NCBI GenBank assembly: GCA_964016885.1
Contig: OZ024742.1
Location: 376,278,001 to 376,342,000, forward strand
DNA: 64,000 nucleotides
Source of the DNA: Eledone cirrhosa
Lineage: Eukaryota
Direction: 5' to 3'
The position numbers and the translations under genes are program-made. Of the stretch, positions 58,573-64,000 are shown piece by piece. A model generated the notes under the pieces. That model was not told where the DNA came from. It did no database searches and was given only the letters and a program-made list of their open reading frames with translations. Within the stretch, counting starts at the first letter, position 1. Each line of letters starts with the position of its first letter.

Positions 58573-58610
58573 AGAAAAGAGAAATACTTATATAAGTACT
58601 TCTCTTTTCT
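58573..58610. repeat. 38-bp near-perfect palindrome
   Basis: AGAAAAGAGAAATACTTAT|ATAAGTACTTCTCTTTTCT. 18 of 19 pairs are complementary about the centre 58591/58592; the one mismatch is A58584/C58599. Confidence 0.85.
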
Positions 58611-58864
58611 TATTAAATTTTGCTAATCTGTCTCCAACAAAGTTTTATTTTAAGTGGTAGCATTTCTGCAAAGGAGCAGAAGATAGCCAAATACTGGGAC
58701 TTATTATTGTGTACAGTGCTCAGGTGCACTACAACTCATCAAAGGTGCATGTATAGTACATAGAATAATATACAAATGTCAGGAAAGTGAACAGTGTATG
58801 AGTCATGATATACATGTGTGTATGGAGGGGAATATTAGGTGTAGTGTTGGCGAATCTCAGGAAG

Positions 58865-59417
58865 CATGGAGGTTTTAAAGGATGCAGTGTCTCGACAGCT
58901 AACAACTGATGCAGGCAGTTTGTTCCATGGAGGTTTTAAAGGATGCAGTGTCTCGACAGCTAACAACTGATGCAGGCAGTTTGTTCCATGGAGGTTTTAA
59001 AGGATGCAGTGTCTCGACAGCTAACAACTGATGCAGGTAGTTTGTTCCATGGAGGTTTTAAAGGATGCAGTGTCTCGACAGCTAACAACTGATGCAGGTA
59101 GTTTGTTCCATGGAGGTTTTAAAGGATGCAGTGTCTCGACAGCTAACAACTGATGCAGGCAGTTTGTTCCATGGAGGTTTTAAAGGATGCAGTGTCTCGA
59201 CAGCTAACAACTGATGCAGGCAGTTTGTTCCATGGAGGTTTTAAAGGATGCAGTGTCTCGACAGCTAACAACTGATGCAGGCAGTTTGTTCCATGGAGGT
59301 TTTAAAGGATGCAGTGTCTCGACAGCTAACAACTGATGCAGGCAGTTTGTTCCATGGAGGTTTCAAAGGATGCAGTGTCTCGACAGCTAACAACTGATGC
59401 AGGCAGTTTGTTCCATG
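58865..59417. repeat. 61-bp minisatellite, 9 copies, inside the LINE ORF2 3' end
   Basis: Unit CATGGAGGTTTTAAAGGATGCAGTGTCTCGACAGCTAACAACTGATGCAGGCAGTTTGTTC starts at 58865, 58926, ... 59353, with a final CATG at 59414-59417. Copies 3 and 4 carry GGTAG; copy 9 carries TTTCAAAG. Confidence 0.97.
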
Positions 59418-59456
59418 CTTCAGCAACTCTGAGCGTGAAAAGAATGTTTCCGAAAG

Positions 59457-59768
59457 TCATGGGAGCTGTGCTGTTTTGTAGGCATGCCCTTGTGTGTTAA
59501 ACACATGGAATTCAAAAAGGTTCTCAGGGTTGTTGTTGGCAAGATTGTTAATAATTTTGTGGGTGTTTACCAAGTCAGTTGCCAGACGTCGGAGCTTCAA
59601 CGTATCCATGTCCAGAGAAGCAAGGTGTTCAGAGTATGGTAGATGTCTGATGGAGGGTATGCGCTTGGTTGCACGTCTCTGAACAGTTTCCAGGTGGTCA
59701 ATGTTCTGAGCAAGATAAGGGTTCCAGACTGGTGATGCAAATTCTAAGTGTGGCTGCACCATAGCCAT
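59457..59768 (-). pseudogene. Remnant of LINE ORF2 C-terminal region (supplied 103-aa ORF)
   Basis: CR1-like motifs PHLEFASPVWNP and LETVQRRATK. The premature stop results from a frameshift after GHAYK. No RT catalytic core or endonuclease domain is present. Confidence 0.85.
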
Positions 59769-60023
59769 GTACAGACTTGATCAACCATTTCTTTTTTGTG
59801 CTAGTTGCTGGCAACACCTCTTGTGCCCTCAATCTCTGCACTGACATTTTTGTCTGCAAAATTGGGGAAGGGGTCCATCTTACTCAAGGAAAGAGCCCCA
59901 TGAGGTGGAGTGGCTGATGCAGTGGGTAACCCTGGCTATTCTCTGTGACAGCTGTGCCCCACAAACATGATGGTGAAAGCACTAAGATATATTGCCAAGA
60001 CAGGGGTGTATAGTCTGCTGCTT

Positions 60024-60203
60024 TAATAATAATAATGAAATATTGTGTACAGTGCTCAGGTGCACTACAACTCATCAAAAAGTGTATGTATAGTACATAG
60101 GGTAATGCACAAACGTCAGGAAAATGAATACTGCATGAGTCATGATATACACATGTGTGCATGTGTATGGAAGGGGTACATCAGGTGTAGTTTTGGCAAA
60201 TTT
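60024..60203 (-). mobile_element. Second short 3'-end fragment of the same LINE family, with (ATT)n tail
   Basis: TATTGTGTACAGTGCTCAGGTGCACTACAACTCATCAAA at 60041 matches 58705 onward, and similarity continues with substitutions through AGGTGTAGT(G/T)TTGGC. The minus strand ends ...ATTTCATTATTATTATTA, a microsatellite tail typical of CR1/L2 elements. Confidence 0.85.
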
Positions 60204-60353
60204 TCTTCTCCTCTCCACTTTATTTTCATTATTATTTTATTGCAAACATATATAATGTAATAGAAATATGTTGAATAATCCTGCATATTTCTATTTAAGC
60301 TGAAGGTTTCATTCTTTAAAAAGTAATCCCAATTGCACTTTCTATTTGTTAAG

Positions 60354-60446
60354 ACGTCATCTGCTGGTTTAAGCCATAAAGTAGTTGTAGGCAGTACCAT
60401 TGAACCTCTTGCCAGTCTTCCCAAACAGAACCGTGTTGATCCATCG
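60354..60446 (+). CDS. Internal coding exon B (93 nt, phase 0/0): TSSAGLSHKVVVGSTIEPLASLPKQNRVDPS
   Basis: Acceptor CACTTTCTATTTGTTAAG ends at 60353; donor TCG|GTAAGT at 60447. It has 31 open codons and is phase-compatible with exon A. The acceptor is weaker than that of exon A. Confidence 0.65.
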
Positions 60447-60559
60447 GTAAGTGAGCAGCTATAATTTCTATACTCACAAATGATAGTTTCTTTTTAACAT
60501 AGACACAATGTCACCAATTTGGGAGATAGGGGAAAGTTGTTTTTAATGGCCCTAATACT

Positions 60560-60720
60560 TTAACCCTTTAGCATTTAAACCAGCTGTATCCGGCCAGAAT
60601 ATCGCACCTCTTTTTGCTCAAACTGGCTGTAACTGGCCACTCATACTGATGTTAAGGTATTGTTCTCAAAATAAGTAATATTAAAATCTCATAGATTCAA
60701 TATTATGTGTAATATTATGT
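60560..60720 (+). mobile_element. Left end of a putative non-autonomous DNA transposon (MITE) with a piggyBac-like TTAA|CCCT terminus
   Basis: TTAA at 60560-60563 is followed by CCCTTTAGCATTTAAACCAGCTGTATCCGGCC. A TTAA target plus a CCC-starting TIR is the piggyBac signature. It resembles an abundant octopus interspersed repeat as I recall it (unverified). The right end is not in the window. Confidence 0.55.
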
Positions 60721-63700
60721 GAGATAAAGCCTTTATAGTGAAAATACAATAGTATAGAGTAATGTAAATGTTATGTGAGATAAAGCCTTTACAGTGAAAA
60801 TACAATAGTATAGAGTAATGTAAATGATATGTGAGATAAAGCCTTTACAGTGAAAATACAATAGTATAGAGTAATGTAAATGTTATGTGAGATAAAGCCT
60901 TTACAGTGAAAATACAATAGTATAGAGTAATGTAAATGTTATGTGTGATATTATGTGTGATAAAGCCTTTACAGTGAAAATACAATAGTATAGAGTAATG
61001 TAAATGTTATGTGAGATAAAGCCTTTACAGTGAAAATACAATAGTATAGAGTAATGTAAATGCTATGTGAGATAAAGCCTTTACAGTGAAAATACAATAG
61101 TATAGAGTAATGTAAATATTATGTGAGATAAAGCCTTTACAGTAAAAATACAATAGTATAGAGTAATGTAAATGTCATGTGAGATAAAGCCTTTACAGTG
61201 AAAATACAATAGTATAGAGTAATGTAAATGTTATGTGAGATAAAGCCTTTACAGTGAAAATACAATAGTATAGAGTAATGTAAAAGCTATGTAAGATAAA
61301 GCCTTTACAGTGAAGATACAATAGTATAGAGTAATGTAAATGTTATGTGTAATATTATGTGAGATAAAGCCTTTACAGTGAAAATACAATAGTATAGAGT
61401 AATGTATATGTTATGTGAGATAAAGCCTTTACAGTGAAAGTACAATAGTATAGAGTAATGTAAATGTTATGTGAGATAAAGCCTTTACAGTGAAAATACA
61501 ATAGTATAGAGTAATGTAAATGTTATGTGAGATAAAGCCTTTACAGTGAAAATACAATAGTATAGAGTAATGTAAATGTTATGTGAGATAAAGCCTTTAC
61601 AGTAAAAAATACAATAGTATAGAGTAATGTAAATGTTATGTGAGATAAAGCCTTTACAGTGAAAATACAATAGTATAGAGTAATGTAAATGTTATGTGTA
61701 ATATTATGTGGGATAAAGCGTTTACAGTGAAGATACAATAGTATAGAGTAATGTAAATGTTATGTGTAATATTATGTGAGATAAAGCCTTTACAGTGAAA
61801 ATACAATAGTATAGAGTAATGTAAATGTTATGTGAGATAAAGCCTTTACAGTAAAAATACAATAGTATAGAGTAATGTAAATGTTATGTGAGATAAAGCC
61901 TTTACAGTGAAAATACAATAATATAGAGTAATGTAAATGTTATGTGTAATATTATGTGAGATAAAGCCTTTACAGTGAAAGTACAATAGTATAGAGTAAT
62001 GTAAATGTTATGTGAGATAAAGCCTTTACAGTGAAAATACAATAGTATAGAGTACTGTAAATGTTATGTGAGATAAAGCCTTTACAGTGAAAATACAATA
62101 GTATATAGAAAAGTTAATGTTATGTGTAATATTGTGTGAGATAAAGCCTTTACAGTGAAAGTACAATAGTATAGAGTAATGTAAATGTTATGTGAGATAA
62201 AGCATTTACAGTGAAAATACACTAGTATAGAGTAATGTAAATGCTATGTGAGATAAAGCCTTTACAGTGAAAATACAGTAGTATAGAGTAATGTAAATGT
62301 TATGTGAGATAAAGCCTTTACAGTGAAAATACAATAGTATAGAGTAATGTAAATGTTATGTGAGATAAAGCCTTCACAGTGAAAATACAATAGTATAGAG
62401 TAATGTAAATGTTATGTGAGATAAAGCCTTTACAGTGAAAATGCAATAGTATAGAGTAACGTAAATGTTAGGTGAGATAAAGCCTTTACAGTGAAAATAC
62501 AATAGTATAGAGTAATGTAAATGTTATATGAGATAAAGCCTTTACAGTGAAAATACAATAGTATAGAGTAATGTAAATGTTATGTGAGATAAAGCCTTTA
62601 CAGTGAAAATACAATAGTATAGAGTAATGTAAATGTTATGTGTAATATTATGTGAGATAAAGCCTTTTCAGTGAAAATACAATAGTATAGAGTAATGTAA
62701 ATGTTATGTGTAATATTATGTGAGGTAAAGCCTTTACAGTGAAAATACAATAGTATAGAGTAATGTAAATGTTATGTGAGATAAAGCCTTTACAGTGAAA
62801 ATACAATAGTATAGAGTAATGTAAATGTTATGTGAGATAAAGCCTTTACAGTGAAAATACAATAGTATAGAGTAACGTAAATGTTAGGTGAGATAAAGCC
62901 TTTACAGTGAAAATACAATAGTATAGAGTAATGTAAATGTTATGTGAGATAAAGCCTTTACAGTGAAAATACAATAGTATAGAGTAATCTAAATGTTATG
63001 TGAGATAAAGCCTTTACAGTGAAAATACAATAGTATAGAGTAACGTAAATGTTAGGTGAGATAAATCCTTTACAGTGAAAATACGATAGTATAGAGTAAT
63101 GTAAATGTTATGTGAGATAAAGCCTTTACAGTGAAAATACAATAGTATAGAGTAATGTAAATGTTATGTGAGATAAAGCCTTCACTGTGAAAATACAATA
63201 GTATAGAGTAATGTAAATGCTATGTGAGATAAAGCCTTTACAGTGAAAATACAATCGTATAGAATAATGTAAATGTTATGTGAGATAAAGCCTTTACAGT
63301 GAAAATACAATAGTATAGAGTAATGTAAATGCTATGTGAGATAAAGCCTTTACAGTGAAAATACAGTAGTATAGAGTAATGTATATGTTTGGTGAGATAA
63401 AGCCTTTACAGTGAAAATACAATAGTATAGAGTAATGTAAATGTTATGTGAGATAAAGCCTTTACAGTGAAAATACAATAGTATAGAGTAATGTAAGTGT
63501 TATGTGAGATAAAGCCTTTACAGTGAAAATACAATAGTATAGAGTAATGTAAATGTTATGTGAGATAAAGCCTTTACATTGAAGATACAATGGTATAGAG
63601 TAATGTAAATCTTAAGTGAGATAAAGCCTTTACAGTGAAAATACAATAGTATAGAGTAATGTAAATGTTATGTGAGATAAAGCCTTTACAGTGAAAATAC

Positions 63701-64000
63701 AATAGTATAGAGTAATGTAAATGTTATGTGAGATAAAGCCTTTACAGTGAAAATACAATAGTATAGAGTAATGTAAATGTTATGTGAGATAAAGCCTTTA
63801 CAGTGAAAATACAATAGTATAGAGTAATGTAAATGTTATGTGAGATAAAGCCTTTAGAGTGAAAATACAATAGTATAGAGTAATGTAAATGTTATGTGAG
63901 ATAAAGCCTTTACAGTGAAAATACAATAGTATAGAGTAATGTAAATGCTATGTAATATTATGTGAGATAAAGCCTTTACAGTGAAAATATAATAGTATAG
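60699..64000. repeat. Tandem satellite, 56-bp monomer with interspersed 68-bp variants, ~57-58 copies, right end outside window
   Basis: Consensus GAGATAAAGCCTTTACAGTGAAAATACAATAGTATAGAGTAATGTAAATGTTATGT, first full units at 60721 and 60777. Long variants insert GTAATATTATGT. Confidence 0.98.

Larger units (their letters stand above)
58703..59774 (-). mobile_element. 5'-truncated, frameshifted CR1/L2-type non-LTR retrotransposon (ORF2 C-terminus + 3' UTR)
   Basis: The minus strand reads LYMAMVQPHLEFASPVWNPYLAQNIDHLETVQRRATKRIP...LKLRRLATDLVNTHKII...GHAYK, matching the post-RT C-terminal motif of CR1-group ORF2 (LYxxxVRPxLEYxxxVWxP...LExVQRRATK). After two frameshifts it continues KQHSSHDFRKH / FTLRVAEAWNKLPASVVSCRDTASFKTSMLPEIRQHYT to TAA at 58837-58835 once the tandem repeat is collapsed to one copy. 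Confidence 0.9.

Noticed and set aside
59494-59682. 62-aa + strand ORF
   Set aside because: Antisense shadow of the LINE ORF2 remnant.
59884-60260. 92-aa (-) and 71-aa (+) ORFs
   Set aside because: They span the LINE 3' UTR, the ATT tail and intronic DNA, with no recognisable protein features.
60280-60353. Alternative acceptor TTTCTATTTAAG at 60299 for exon B
   Set aside because: In phase 0 it reads LKVSFFKK and then TAA, so it cannot extend the frame from exon A.
60140-60424. 94-aa - strand ORF
   Set aside because: It has a non-ATG start, is antisense to exon B and runs through AT-rich intron into the LINE UTR.
58014-60446. Assigning a gene name to the two exons
   Set aside because: The 71-aa peptide has no domain I recognise; a database search is needed.
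61485-61738. 61-aa and 65-aa - strand ORFs
   Set aside because: Chance read-through of the 56-bp satellite with non-ATG starts and repetitive peptides.

Overview
Eukaryotic, AT-rich, repeat-dominated DNA; the repeats resemble octopod cephalopod elements as I recall them (inference). Bases 1 to ~57,995 are one uninterrupted 44-bp satellite array (~1,320 monomers) with clear higher-order structure, including a 4,727-bp unit of about 108 monomers. The array ends abruptly at the splice acceptor of a 120-nt phase-0 exon (58014-58133, +). A second 93-nt phase-0 exon follows at 60354-60446. The 2.2-kb intron between them holds two antisense fragments of a CR1/L2-type LINE, one carrying a 9x61-bp expansion bounded by a 10-bp inverted repeat, plus a 38-bp palindrome and a G-rich tract. 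Downstream of exon 2, a TTAA-CCCT-terminated MITE-like end runs into a second, 56-bp satellite that continues past the window. The most notable feature is a gene with satellite-filled introns, where the 44-bp monomer reads as a branch point + pyrimidine tract + TACAA unit (one base from an acceptor) and its last copy appears to supply the branch point of the real acceptor. None of the six supplied ORFs is a real host gene.
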